Notes: a model not told the origin generated them from the sequence alone. A DNA stretch of 42,897 nucleotides from Callorhinchus milii (GCF_018977255.1 NW_024705455.1:1-42897); one strand, 5' to 3'; positions 1-12,593 are shown, counted from the first letter of the stretch. Made by a program: numbers and translations.

Positions 1-132
1 GTGATCCTAAACACGAGGTCAGGGGGTAGTTGTCATCAGCTGCACTTGAAATGAGTCCCGACTTAGCCCTCTGCTTGCAAGGATCAATAGAACCTGCCAA
101 TACTCGTCGTTTCACCAAGAGTGTTGCTACTG

Positions 133-432
133 ATAATAGTTTTTTTACCCTTCTATCTGGCAACAAAACTGACACCTTTATTACAAGGAGTCATGTTTGC
201 ATAGACCACAATACCTGCAGCCATAATGCGAACAAAAAACATAACTCTGATAATGTATGCACAGTGCATATATATTATCAGAGTTATGTTTTATGTTTGC
301 ATTATGGCTGCAGGTATTGTGGTCTATGCAAACATGACTCCTTGTAAAAAAGGTGTCAGTTTTGTTGCCAGATAGAAGGGTAAAAAAACAATTATTATAT
401 TTTTTACTGGCAAATGAGGTTCCAATGGTGTA
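133..432. mobile_element. Foldback element family 2 (Penelope-like architecture): ~125-bp inverted arms plus unpaired tail
   Basis: ~140-262 is the reverse complement of ~265-390. Unpaired tail ~397-432. Flanked by direct repeat AGTG(T/C)TGCTACTG at 120-132 and 433-445. Same arm and tail sequence recurs at 9862-10187. Confidence 0.7.
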
Positions 433-457
433 AGTGCTGCTACTGTTCTCTTTCCAG

Positions 458-565
458 CTACAACCTCACTGCCCTGGAGTGGCTCGAGGCTGTCCTTAAG
501 CAGTGGAAGACAGTGCTGTCTGTAGATACCAATGTGAGGGACAACCAAGTGTATTTTGATGAAAG
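458..565 (+). CDS. Internal coding exon of unidentified gene (YNLTALEWLEAVLKQWKTVLSVDTNVRDNQVYFDE)
   Basis: ttctctttccAG acceptor, AAG|GTATGA donor. 108 nt open frame, phase 2-2, joins in frame to 1348. Confidence 0.65.
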
Positions 566-1347
566 GTATGACAATGGTTATGTATGCACTATTTGCTTTA
601 CTCAGGATTGCCACTAAATATGGTTATGTCTATGTTTACTGGCAACTGTTGGATTATTTTGTTAGAAATATGTCTTTGTCACTGAACAAACATGGCCAGT
701 CATTGTTTTACTCCGACAAACTACAGGTCTGTCATCCACTGATAAAATAGTGTGTATACAAACAATGCTTCAGCATTGCACGGCATGTAGAACTACTGCA
801 CATGTGAGCTGGATAAACGTAAGCCCATCCGTTGCCTTTGTTGAATTAACAGTCTGGCTGCAGAAATAGCACCAGGAATGTGTAAGTGGCTTTAATAGGC
901 TTAATTCCATGAGGCTTAAACCAAACAGTTAAATTCATTTGGGGACATGGACCAAATAATCTGTGTCCCCTAATAGGCTTTTATAAATCTACTCAACTCT
1001 GTTCGGAAACTGATTTCCCTCCACACCGTCATTGTACATTTTGAGCTAAGCTTACCGGTCTCCTTCATTCGCAGATGCATATTAGATAGTGTGCATTGCA
1101 CCTCCATTAGAACAGTTGGCTACGTATGGTGTGAAAAGTTCCGTATGCATACACGCATCTGCTCAGTGGCAAATGCTGAATCCTTAAATTGCAGTGATCA
1201 TTTAGGATCAAATTCAAGAACACCTTTCATAAATAGATGCCTCGTTCAGAATTATTTTGGATGCCACCAATATATGTTTTCTTTAAGATATGTCGCTCTT
1301 AATTTTGTTACGAAAATCGAATACTTTAATTTTTGTCTGCTATGCAG

Positions 1348-1441
1348 GAATGCCTTGCACTTGCGAGAGTGGCTCCACACGATGACAGAACAAGTGGATA
1401 AACTTGCTTCCTTACCTGGTGACACGGGCAAGGCAGCCAAG
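1348..1441 (+). CDS. Internal coding exon of unidentified gene (RNALHLREWLHTMTEQVDKLASLPGDTGKAAK)
   Basis: tatgcAG acceptor, AAG|GTGAGC donor. 94 nt, phase 2 to 0, compatible with both flanking exons. Confidence 0.7.
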
Positions 1442-1470
1442 GTGAGCTCGCTGATTTGAATTTTGTAGGT

Positions 1471-1775
1471 TTTTTACACGCTTTCATTTAACTCACTCAG
1501 TCTGTTGTTGTTGTAACTCAATTTAACACACTTCCCAATGTGGTATCGACTGCAAACTTGGCATACTTATGTCATATTGATGACAATACTATATTTTATC
1601 ATAATTTTTAAACATTTTTTTTATATACTATGTTTCGGCTTGGGTCTAATTGTCCACGGTCAACTGACGTTAGCTGTAATTGGCCCAGTCCCTTACATTA
1701 TGGCAAGCTTCGGGGCCACTTCCTGGAGTCGTGGAGTTCTTCCATTACTAATACATTTCATAAAAGCGTGTTTTT
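1471..1775. mobile_element. Non-autonomous repeat with ACACGCTTT/AAAGCGTGT subterminal inverted repeats (Helentron/DINE-1-like)
   Basis: Inverted homologous copy at ~18477-18762, plus a partial duplicate at ~18790-18920. T-rich ends and a short microsatellite near one end. Confidence 0.5.
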
Positions 1776-2309
1776 AAAGAAGGTTTTTTTGAATATTACA
1801 TTTTTATTTATGTCCACTTCACTGCTCCTGGTGACTGCAACGTCCCTGCTTGAAGTTCTGGAGTTGAAACTTCTCACTTGTTAACAAAGTAGAATGCATA
1901 AAATATATATATTTGGATACATCACTAAATATTAATTCATTTTATACCAACTTTGGAAAATGATGACTGTATTTGACCACACATAAAAAAAATTACGGCT
2001 AGTAGTATTATAAAGACTTAGAGTGCAATTAGAGTTTTATTTCGTACAAGTCAAGCCCTGCTCATGCTTCCATAACTCATTATGGGTTGAGATGGCAATT
2101 CTGCAAGCATGTTTTCCTAAGCGTGATTTTATTTTCTTCGAGGTATTTGCCAAAGGGTAGGTTGTTAGCTCAAGTTAATTCCATCTTATCCAGTTTTTCA
2201 CTTCCTCTTCATGTCATGATATAGATTCTGATACTGCATATCCTTTTCTACTTGTAACTTTTTTCCCCAAAATTCTTTATTATAGAGCTTCCTTTTAGCA
2301 CGCCTTCAC

Positions 2310-2612
2310 TCCACGGTGGTGAGATGTTAACTACCTAACCTGGTATACAGGAGGCCGTGGGTTCGATCCCGACCCTGATGCCTGTATGTTTGGAGTTTGC
2401 ATGTTCTCCCCATGGACGCGTGCATTTTTCTCCGGATCTTCTAGTTTTTCTGTCCATAATTAGAAACGTGGGTTTAGAGTATTGGGCTGCTAGAAATTTC
2501 CACATGATCAGCCACTTCGTTGAGCTATCATTTGTGTCCAGGTCCCTTCTGAAAAAGAGCTATATAGCTGAGTGGGCCTTACCTGGTAAAATTAACAAAA
2601 AACTTTTGTTAT
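2310..2612 (+). mobile_element. tRNA-derived V-SINE
   Basis: B-box GGTTCGATCCC at ~2360, followed by the V-domain-like TGGAGTTTGCATGTTCTCCCC and an A-rich LINE-like tail. Confidence 0.7.
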
Positions 2613-3181
2613 AAAATTCCCAATTCAGTTTTTGCCAACTTTTTATTGGTCCAATTAAACTACTCTTCGCATGAACCTACTCTTGCACGTTTTTCATTCT
2701 TTTATGTCCAGCTGATATTCTCCATTCAAAACATCCATGTGTCTGATGCTTCCTTGTCTTTGCTGACAACACTATTCCATGCACATCCATCTTATAGGCA
2801 ACAGCTTCTTTTAGTATGCTCATCCTTTTAAGTTTTACAGATGTATTTTTGGGACAGGAGAGATGAGAGTTGTGAAATGCAGTTAGTCTTCCTGTTGTGA
2901 AAAGGACACTTGGCCTCAGTTACCCAAATCTATTGTGATTCTATGGTAATTAAATTAGTTTATTGAACATAAGTAAATGCTATTCATCCATGAGAATACA
3001 TTGATATATTTTTAAAGAATATTCGTGACAAATCCTTCTACGAGACACTATATTGCGTGTACAATTTTCTAGAACAGTTGCTGAAACTAAATCACGAGTG
3101 TTTTATTGGTTTTGCTTGAAATGAAAAGTTGTAACCACAACTGCCAAGCATTCATGAAACATGTTCTCTTTTCTTCACCAG

Positions 3182-3214
3182 GAAATATTTACTTCTCTAA
3201 AAGAAGAGCTCTGA
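3182..3214 (+). CDS. Terminal coding exon of unidentified gene (EIFTSLKEEL*)
   Basis: ttttcttcaccAG acceptor, phase 0, stop TGA 3212-3214. Candidate AATAAA signals at 3782 and 4047. Confidence 0.55.
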   Translation, partial: EIFTSLKEEL

Positions 3215-5324
3215 AAATGTTGCACAGGTAAAGGGCCACCTTAGACCACACTACTGGTGAGCCTGAATTTTATGAGCAGTATACTGAGCTTTCAAGACTT
3301 ATTTTTAGATCCTGCAATCAAAAATAATTTTTAATTTTCAGAGTGCTTGAGTCTCAACCACTGGATAAGTTACGGGTGGCCGAGAGAGAGTCAGGGTTCA
3401 AGTTACGTGGCTGTCCACCGACAGAAAATTTACCTGTGTCCAAATTTATAATGCTAAAACAAGCCATCACAAGCACTTAACTGCTTCATATTGAAGTGTT
3501 TAATGCAAAAAACCACGTTTACTGTATTGTTTAAAAATTACATTCGCTGTACAACCTGTTTTTTAGTTCGCACTTTTTCTCATAATCGTTACTTGTTTAG
3601 GCTTATCTAAATCCATGCTCCAGTATCATTACATTCCAGTGTGGTGTTTGAACATGACTGTGTGGTTGGATGTGTGTTTCTTCATAATGTAAGGCCCTTT
3701 TTCTTGATCCACATGCAAGCAAAGTTGCACCAGTAGGATGGATATGGAGACTTGGTACAGTGTATGCTCTTTGTCAATATAAATAAAATCAGCCAAACTT
3801 ACATTTTTATTTATTATTTGCTCTTATTGTAAATGATTCCTGTTTGAAGACTGGTTCTAGTTTTCTCTTTACATTGCCATATTTGAACTTTGCTTCCCAA
3901 GAACTACTAAAAGTGTTTCTAGACAGACAAAATTAGCTTTTTGAAACTAGTAACAATATAAATGGTACCTGTTGGAATATATTTCTTACTGCATTGATGT
4001 GTAGGTGTTGTGCATGGTAGTGAAGTGTAAATGTTTCTTAATAATTAATAAAATATTTTGTGAATGTTGAATTATTTATGCATTTGTGTTGTGCTTATAT
4101 GGCTTGTACAATACTGTATATAAAATGGAATATTTAAACAAAATCAATGACTCATACTTTCTGAGGAGATATTCTTTTACCAACTTCATATGCATCTATT
4201 TTCCATTCATGTCAATTCTAACGCTCACAATGCAATGGCAGCCCAAGGAATTTAGCCATAGCAATGCCTGGTCAGCAAATATTTGCGCTGCATTGTAATG
4301 TTTGAACAGAAGCTTCGTTTTATCTGCTGTTTGAATATGGAACTACCTCCCTGAACACACCGATTATGGTCTCCAGGCCTTCAAATTCCTAACTTTACCA
4401 CACGCCTTGTCGGAGTGAGTCTTTGAGCTGCAGTGAACCAATGATTATGCCGATTCGTTGCATTAACGTCTGATATGGCTGTTGTTCCCAATTGCATAAA
4501 ACAAAAAAAGATAAATATGGTGTAATGTGGCATATCCAACTCGCTGGAAACTGAGATACAGGTGGATATGTGAAAAGGTCAGATATGTGAGCCTCTATAG
4601 AAATGACAGATCATCACAAATGTTCTGTATAAAAAGAAAGAACTGATTTAGATGGAGGGAATGCTCTATACTGCTCTGGAAGTAAGCAAATGTACATGTG
4701 ATTTAATAATTAATCACTTTATGTGAAAGGTAGGTGTTGTGAACATCTTTAGAACATTACTTTTAAACCAATTACATCTTATTCAATTGCCTTTTCCTTG
4801 AACAACGCAAAACTGCATTTTCCTTGTGGAAGAGACCCATGTCGCCCTCTATTGGAAACGTTGGGCCTTGTAAGTCAACATTGTTATAGTGGCATAATCC
4901 ATGCTTGGGACCGATTGGGAAAGTTGGCTGTCAGCGGTTGTTTGCAACTTTAAACCCAGGAATTATTTTCCCAACATTTTGGGTTGCCACTCTCTAAACA
5001 TAACAAGAGTTAAAAGTCGGGATTCTGTCCTATTCCTGCATTATAACCTGCAACCAGCATTAAGTGTGGCAGCATTTGGCAAGTGGAGGTGGCTAAATGA
5101 TATGGCAACAGTAAGTTGCGGGCATGGCCATCACTCTGCTAACCACAAACCCTATAACATTTTATTTTGCACTTATTTGGTCTAAATGCCACAGCAGTAT
5201 TAACGGTTGGTTTGGGTGCCATGTGACAAACATTCTCTCTTCCAGGTTGGGTGGATGTATTGCCCTTTGTTTTGTTTAAGATATAACTGTCGATGAAGAA
5301 TACTTCGTGATATTTATTTCTGCA

Positions 5325-5630
5325 GAGGATGCCGTTGTGATGTAATGGACTTGTGATTTAGAGGCTGCTGGTTCGATTCAATCTCCTAGTGTGGCATTTG
5401 AACGCACGGGCAAGTTTCTTAAATCCGCCCCCACCTCAGTCCCCACACAGCAGTATAAATGGATACACCAGTTTGTCGACCACAAATATGCGTGTGGTGG
5501 GGTAATAATGCGGGTACTTTTTCCAAAATAAAATATATGGCCAGTGTGGATGTGCCAAACACCCTCTTGAGCTCCTCAAATGGAGGCCTTTCTACCAGGA
5601 GTGGCGCAAGCAAGGACATTAAGTGCTGCA
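5325..5630 (+). mobile_element. Degenerate tRNA-derived SINE
   Basis: GGTTCGATTC B-box-like motif at ~5370, followed by GGGCAAG...CCTCAGTCC...TAAATGGATAC, resembling conserved SINE central domains. Confidence 0.4.
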
Positions 5631-7180
5631 CGTTTCCCTTCCACTGGCTATTCTTGAACAGGGGATGGGGATTTGCTATGCAAGTTAAGAATGGATTCTA
5701 TGTATTGTCGTAAACACCCATAGCACAGTTGGAAGAAAATGGCTTCTACTTTCCTGTCCAAAGTAATTTTTTTTAGGGTAGGGGGGGGGGATCTGATATC
5801 TATTGCACACCCCTCTACTTGACATCTGTAGAAAATATACAGATTGCTCCGAATCTGAAAAGTTGGGGAAATAGCTCCCTCCCCCACCTCCCCTGTGACT
5901 CAGCCTGTATCAACATTTAGTTATGCATTTTACAACAATTGGACTTTGAAGTGATCTCGGAAAAAACGAATGTACTCTTGTCAGAGGTAATCATAAAATG
6001 CTTTGCCAGCAGTATCTCGCTGGCTGGGTGTGTGATATCCCCAGGGTTGTGCTTGAATTGCTTCGAATGCGGGGTGGTTTGTACCTCGTCGAAATACAGT
6101 GCATTCCAGTGGTTGATATAATTCGGACACACCTAGCAGCAGCTGATGAATAAGTACTGCGATTCGTTGAGATATTTGGTAATGACCAATAAAACACTTT
6201 TTATTTCAAATCCTTGTCAGAGAGTCTTTATTGGTCTCTCATATGCAAAGATCACATCAAGCGCTATATGAGAAAATAAAACCCCTTTGAAAGGTCAAGG
6301 TTAATTTTTACAACGTGTGAGTCAAGCTTATTAGCCTGTGGAGGCTTTTCCATTCAGTGGGAGAAAAAAAACAATAGGACGTTCAATAGACTGCCGAAGG
6401 AAAATATGCCTCGGGGTGAGTGATTGTAATGAGTGAATGTTATATACAGTAGACTTGAACAGAGCCCTTTTGATGTGATGGTCGCGTATGGTTGGAGGTG
6501 ATGACTTTGGGACCTGAGGATTCTTCTACAAGGTGGATCAGGTGCCTTGAGAACCCCAACTGACCCCTAACATTTTTGCCCTTTGCATATTAATTTCTGT
6601 TTCAAATAAACTTTTACAAATATTACGTTTTAGACAATCAAATGAAGATCACGAGACATCTGGACAACTCTGTACATCGTGGTACATCAGGTCGAGATGG
6701 TCTAGGTAATGACTGGTTAATTGACAGGCCTTGACCAAATGTATGGCTGATGTATTTCAAAAAAACCCGGTTGGCTTGCTAAGTAACCACCCCAGGCTTC
6801 TTTCCGAAAAGGACTTGCACCTAAACAATGGCGTTTAAAACGGTGTTAATGTTTGCAACAGACAATCCCTGTTTGCTCAGCTGCTGCTGCAACAGAAATG
6901 TAAACCCAGGTGTGCACTTACCTGAATAAAAAAAACAAAGTGGAAACAAAGACTGTACATGTTTCCAAGTAATAATGTACCGGCAATAGGTGAAAGTGTG
7001 AGTCAAACACGAATAGCAATGAATGAGTTTTGTGTTGCTTGGCTAGAACCGACTCCCTGTCTGCAATACTGGGCCTTGAGGTTAAGTGAAAAGAACATCA
7101 AATCCTACCTGATCATAAACTTCCTTCACATGTGCAACTATTAACTAAGAACACTGCCACTCAACAGTAAGAATATTCAT

Positions 7181-7186
7181 TTTATT
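7181..7186 (-). terminator. Candidate polyadenylation signal of SNAP23-like gene
   Basis: AATAAA on the - strand ~445 nt after the stop, with GT-rich sequence downstream. Confidence 0.5.
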
Positions 7187-7629
7187 CAAATAATGTACAC
7201 ACAATTTACATGTTAATAAAGCAGAGTTTAAAGTAACAGGGGTTTGAACATGTTTACCATTAATATTCAGGTGGTTAGCAAGTACGTATTCACATTTAAA
7301 TCGGAACTTTAAAAAGATTATTGTAAAGAAGTGTAAAATATAATTTTTGCATTTGAAAATGTTAATTGGTAATTGTACATAAGCATGTTAGTGATTTAAA
7401 GTTGATAAAATAGTTTTCACGTTGACCATTAAATAGTGTATTTTGCCTTGGAAAAAATGGCTCAAAACATTTAAATAATGTACTCAATTTCGTTGATTGT
7501 TTTGTAAAAAAAATGGCTCCTTGTGTATTAATATAAAAGAATGTTGCTGAAGTGGAATTGAGTTCATGCAATGGCTTACTAATTCCAAATATTTATCATG
7601 AGTCGTGATATCTTGTTCCCAGAAGGATG

Positions 7630-7692
7630 CTACTTCAGTAGCTTTGTTGCATTCTGGTTGGATTGATTAATTCGAGATGTGTTCAGCTCCGC
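7630..7692 (-). CDS. SNAP23: SNAP23/SNAP25-family last coding exon (AELNTSRINQSNQNATKLLK*)
   Basis: ccttgcAG acceptor. Matches the end of the second SNARE helix. TAG stop at 7632-7630. Confidence 0.85.
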   Translation of the reverse strand, partial: AELNTSRINQSNQNATKLLK

Positions 7693-8746
7693 CTGCAAGG
7701 AAATGTCAAAGTTCAACCATCATTAGTTGTCATGTTCATCAAGCAGTATTTAGGATTGTATAATGAATTTGGACCAGTGCTACCCATCCATATATGTTTT
7801 GTTTCATGGCCCAGCAGATGCCATCACCACACTCCAGCATCTAATATTGTAACATGTCATAAAACAGAATAACTGGCATACATGCCAATAATAATATCAA
7901 TGGCAATAATGTACCTGGGAAAGTTTCACCGAGTCTCTGCATTTGGATGTTTGACTAAGACCACAAATTAGTGTTTTGCATGTGGGAGCAAACAGGAGTA
8001 ACTAAAGAAATCGACAATACAAGTTGATACTTTGCACTGCCATTTTCTGGCCAAACCTGGCGTCACCTATCCAAGTACGAACCATGATCATCGCTTCAAA
8101 TAGCTTATGAACTCTGATGTGACCAGCACAAGCGTTTCACTAGGCCTGCATCAATTGACACCCTTTGCGCTTCAATACATTTTCCAAATTGGGATCATGA
8201 CTCAATTTAATTTTTTTTTACATTTTTTGGGGCCGTTAGCTGTAATGGGGCCATGTGAACCTGTTGCATACATGGTATACAAAAACATTCTTATATACAT
8301 GATTGAATACATGTACTGAGAATAAGAATCGATTGTCAGCAAATCGACAGCATTATACCTTTACACATGTTAATGTACTGTAACAATATTAATAAATAAA
8401 ATAAATGTTCATGGAAAATGCTATTGATACATGCTAGGCTAGTATCAAAACAGTACATTGATTCATCAATTGAAGGCAGGGGTTCAAGGGTGCACCAATA
8501 ACTGATTCAGATATCACCAGCCACAGATGTTAGCCATGGTCGAGAATCGAACTTGTGTTATCGGATTAATTGTGCAGTGTGCGGCCCGCTGGAGCATTCT
8601 CGCTCCTATAATTGTCAATTGTACTTTAATGCCTTTGGACTATGTGATAAATCCTTGAGATATATAATTTATGTTTGCGTAGCCAAACGTCCATTATTAA
8701 TGGCATGTGCTGATGTTACGTGTTCTGAAGTTCTGCTGCTCCTCAC

Positions 8747-8891
8747 CTTTTCATTCAGCCGTTCAAGCTGTGTATTCTGCTGGTCTAGCTCGTTGCCCAT
8801 ATTCAGAGCCATGTCTTTGAGATTCCCTATAATACCACCGATTTCTTGCAGGTTCTCCTCCATCTCATCCTCACGGTCATCATTGGTAATC
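8747..8891 (-). CDS. SNAP23: SNAP23/SNAP25-family exon ([49 protein letters not shown])
   Basis: 145 nt with AG/GT boundaries. Clear Qc SNARE motif; NLKDMALN is SNAP23-like. Confidence 0.92.
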
Positions 8892-9861
8892 CTGTAGGAG
8901 ACAAGCAGGAGAGACGGGCCACAGTGACACAACCGACAGGCAATAGCACCTGTAAGAAAACACTGCTAGCATCAGTACATTTATTTTACGTAACTTAATT
9001 TCACTATTTTTGGCTGAAGAGGCTCCCAGTATGTGGAACAAAATGTTGGACATCTGGTATAACCCTAAATAACTATCAAGTACTTTTTATGCATGTGCAT
9101 TTTTTAAAGTCTGTTGCCATTTAAAGTGACTGAATGTTGGCCAATATAGGCACGGTTTCAATTCTGAAACAAGCCACACATTAAACCCCCCCCACATCTC
9201 ACTGTTGTCAAGTCCAGAATATAATTTACTGTGGATACAGAACATACAAAGTCACGTAGATATGGTCAATAGATATCCATGGCTCGCAAAGCCTGTTCTA
9301 CCCAAATATTGTTGGTGAATGCTCATGTACAGCCCCTGTAAATCCACTTGGATGAAAGCTTACTTAAGCCTTGTCTGTCATGGGGGTTATTTGACCAAGT
9401 ACACATAGCCTGGCACAAGCGCCATGGTAACGTCGCCACCACTTAGTGGCGAATGTCGGCTGTTGTTGTTGACGATACTTCACACTGGTTAGTGCGAGTT
9501 GGTGAAAGTGGAAAGCATAGAGGTTCCAACATTAAACAGTCCATTGGATTTTGCTTTACTGCCGTCTGTTGACAATGTAGCCTCGCAGCAGCCAACAATA
9601 CATTATTTTGCATAATGGTCACCTATCCAATCACTATCCAGGCTCAACTCTACTGGATATTATTTCGATGGGCAAACATCATGGATGGTGGTAAAAATAC
9701 GACGTGTCAAAAAACCAGAGAATAGTTGCTTGAACATTTTTCAATTGACAGCACTGAGTTGACTTGGCTTTGAATTGACCAATTCCTGGTTCACCCACAA
9801 TCTCAGTAGTAACTGACCAGGTGGCTCAGCCGGAGAGCAAGCAGCTCGCAATCTTAAGGTT

Positions 9862-10187
9862 TTTCCACCATTGGAACCTTATTTGCCAGTAAAAAATATG
9901 ATAATTGGATAATTGGTGTAAATGCTTACCCCGAGCTCTCATACTCTGATGGTGCATTGTCTTTGAGTTGTGCGCCTTTTGGCGTCATCTGGTCCAACCC
10001 ATGTGAGACTAGGCTCTAAGGAAAGCTGTCTCGGGTGTGGACCAATCAACTTCAAGGACAGTGCACATTATCAGAGTTGTGTTTTTTGTTTGCATTTTGA
10101 CTGCAGGTATTGTGGTCTATGCAAACATGACTCCTTGTAAAATAGGTGTCAGTTTTGTTGCCAGATATAAGGTAAAAAAACAATTAT
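9862..10187. mobile_element. Foldback element family 2, second copy, inserted into a tRNA-like SINE head
   Basis: Begins with the reverse complement of the 397-432 tail. Central hairpin at 9943-10078. Right arm near-identical to 310-395. Duplication CAATCTTAA(G/T)GTT at 9849-9861 and 10188-10200. Confidence 0.65.
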
Positions 10188-10441
10188 CAATCTTAATGTT
10201 GTGAGTTCAAATCTTGGTGGGGGGGGGGGGGAGATAATCAGCCCATCATACCTACGGGGTGTAAATTATCAAAATAAGTACCACTGTGGGGAAGTCAACA
10301 GTGGTTGCCCTAGGGATACTCATCCCCACCATAGGAAATGTGGAATTTCCACCATTGGCTGAGGGCTGTTAACAAGAGAGAAGCACACCCTTTATGCTCA
10401 TTTTAGCAGGAATTAACGGTTTTACAATCATATTTGCACAC

Positions 10442-10578
10442 CTTTTGATGAAAGGTCCACTGGCTTGAGGCTGGCCTTGTTGGCCTGCCTTGCCCGGTTG
10501 CTCAGAGACCACCTTTCCTTCCGTATGGAGCCCCACACCGCCGGTTTGTAAGCACCTTTGTTGTCTATGCTCTTCATC
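10442..10578 (-). CDS. SNAP23: SNAP23/SNAP25-family linker exon (KMKSIDNKGAYKPAVWGS/TEGKVVSEQPG...SGPFIKR) with apparent 1-nt deletion
   Basis: cccAG and AAG|GTGTGC boundaries. 137 nt where phase 2-2 needs a multiple of 3. Conserved motifs are split over two frames. Confidence 0.82.
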
Positions 10579-10866
10579 CTGGGGCACATCAAAGTAAGAT
10601 CTATTCGCTTCTCATAAGCACGGCCTAACAACTGCAGTGCATGGCTTACAATTGTAAAACATGAAGTGACTACAAAGGAGAATCTGCATAATTAGTGTGC
10701 AACAGTAAATATTTTAGTGGGTTAAAGAAAATGCATCATGAAAACAATGAAATGCGTAAACTTAAACATTTGCAATTACAGCAATATATTGAAGGCTAAC
10801 AATGCGATTTTAAACAATCACGCTTGAAACAGTTGTTAGATGGGCATTGAAGAAGAACTCACTCAC

Positions 10867-10983
10867 TTGTTGCATGGGCAGATGCACAGTCCACAGCATT
10901 TTGACATCTGTCTAATGTGTTTCTCAGCCTCCTTCATGTCTTCATTTATATGATCCAAGCCCTGTTCAATTTTATCCATTGGT
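10867..10983 (-). CDS. SNAP23: SNAP23/SNAP25-family cysteine-cluster exon ([37 protein letters not shown]) with apparent 1-nt deletion at its start
   Basis: tttcAG and AA|GTGAGT boundaries. 117 nt where 118 is required by phase. Five-Cys CCGLCICPC palmitoylation cluster. Confidence 0.88.
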
Positions 10984-11208
10984 CTGAAATATCAATATTA
11001 AATCAATTGAATAGAGACTGTGAACATGTTAATGAATGTGCATACATTGTACAATACTGTGCCTTAAATAGAAAGTTTTCAACCTAGGAATATTATCTGC
11101 CATAACATACAGATTGTAAACATGGACTCTGAAAAAGAATTGGAGCAAAAGCTAAAACTTATGCAAATAAGCATGGAGAGACAGAAAGAAGTGAACAACC
11201 ACAATTTT

Positions 11209-11391
11209 TTCGATTTAAAGCTTCTTTCGTGACTGCAGGGATTCATCTTCTTGGTTCTTTCGGTAAAGTCACGTAGGAGGGAAGTAATAAAATAATAAAA
11301 TATAACATAATAATTATTATTTATTACTTCCCTTCTATTATTTTATTACTTCCCTTCTACGTGACTTTACCGAAAGAACCAAGAAGATGAA
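11209..11391. mobile_element. Foldback family 1 (Penelope-like) short copy without ribozyme core
   Basis: Tail plus TTCATCTTCTTGGTTCTTTCGGTAAAGTCACGTAG, with its inverted copy across an AT-rich centre. Confidence 0.8.
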
Positions 11392-11822
11392 CCACACATT
11401 TACTTTATATCGACTCTTAAGAAAAGCAAGCATGGGTGGGACACATTGCAAGAGGGGATGATGGCTAATGGACGAGCATAGTGATGGAATGGTAGCCAAA
11501 AGAGAAAACGAAGCCGAGAGGAAGACCTCCGTGAAGATGAATAGATGAAATCTGCTCATGCGTGAGGGTGAGATGGATTCTGGCATCATGGGACTGAAGG
11601 ATGACTGCATGGAAAGACCTTTATCTGCTGGTTTATAGAACATGTATGATGAAGACTATGATGTTGTTACATGTTTAAACTTGATTCACACAGTATAAAA
11701 AAGCATGTGGTATAGCTGCTGCTTGGAATCCTTGCATGTTGCATGCTTGGAATCGTGGCATGATTTTAAGCAGATGGTCTTTCTTGAATATGGTGCCTAT
11801 GTACTATTCAAAGACACAGTAC

Positions 11823-11871
11823 CTCCTTGCTCATTCAGCATAACAAGTGTTTTAGCTCCAGTTTCTTGAGT
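11823..11871 (-). CDS. SNAP23: SNAP23/SNAP25-family exon (TQETGAKTLVMLNEQG)
   Basis: 49 nt with ttttcAG and GAG|GTACTG boundaries. Matches the TLVMLDEQG motif. Confidence 0.9.
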
Positions 11872-12593
11872 CTGAAAAAAAAAAGTTTATTGTAACCTTA
11901 AAAATTAGATGCATAAATTGCCTGTATTGATTAACCAACGTTTTTTAAGAACATAAATTATCACTCAATAGTTAATTTAAAGATTACAACATGCAATAAC
12001 AATAAAGATGCTGCCAAATAAAGCACATGTTTAAATTTAGCTCATGTAATTATATACAGTGTTTGAACTTGCATCATTAACACACATACTAAACTTGAAT
12101 CTTTTTCTAAAATGTAATTTTTTAGCGGAGACACATCAAGAGTATATTTTTAATGAATTAATCGCGCATTAAAAGTCACTGGTCTACTATTTACATGGGC
12201 CGCAAGTATTGAACACTGATAGATGGCTATTACATATAGATTTATCTCTAAAGTATGGCAAACAATTTAAAGTTTTTAATCCAAGTGCTAAATGTAATGT
12301 AATGGTGAGAATATCACAACACTAAAGTATGTTTGAACATAAAACGCAGGAATCAATCGCACAAACCATTTGGTGTGAAATGTCTTGATTAAATTAGAAT
12401 ACACTTGAAATGGTTCACCTTATATTTGTCACGGAACTAAAAAACTAGTCGACATACAAATAATACATCATTTAGTGCCAAGAACTTAGTTCGTTGAATG
12501 GCTATGTACATTGTCAGTGTAATCTAGTTACCACAATGTATGCCAATATGATTAATAATGTTTCTTTACATATTTTAATGAAATGCATTTTAC

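Noticed and set aside
7930..8120. 5S rRNA-like and V-SINE-like fragments on the - strand
   Set aside because: Too short and degenerate to call as RNA genes; at most SINE remnants.
9815..9861. tRNA gene
   Set aside because: Only A-box/B-box-like fragments split by an insertion, with no complete cloverleaf. More consistent with a SINE head.
10000..10040. Possible hammerhead (CTAAGGA...GAAAGCTGTC) at the centre of the family 2 hairpin
   Set aside because: The core is mutated and the two motifs overlap, leaving no stem II, so it cannot be supported.
10442..10983. Programmed frameshifting or RNA editing as the explanation for the broken frames
   Set aside because: No slippery sites or stimulatory structures were seen. 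The same 1-nt loss appears in a non-coding TSD, which favours sequence error.
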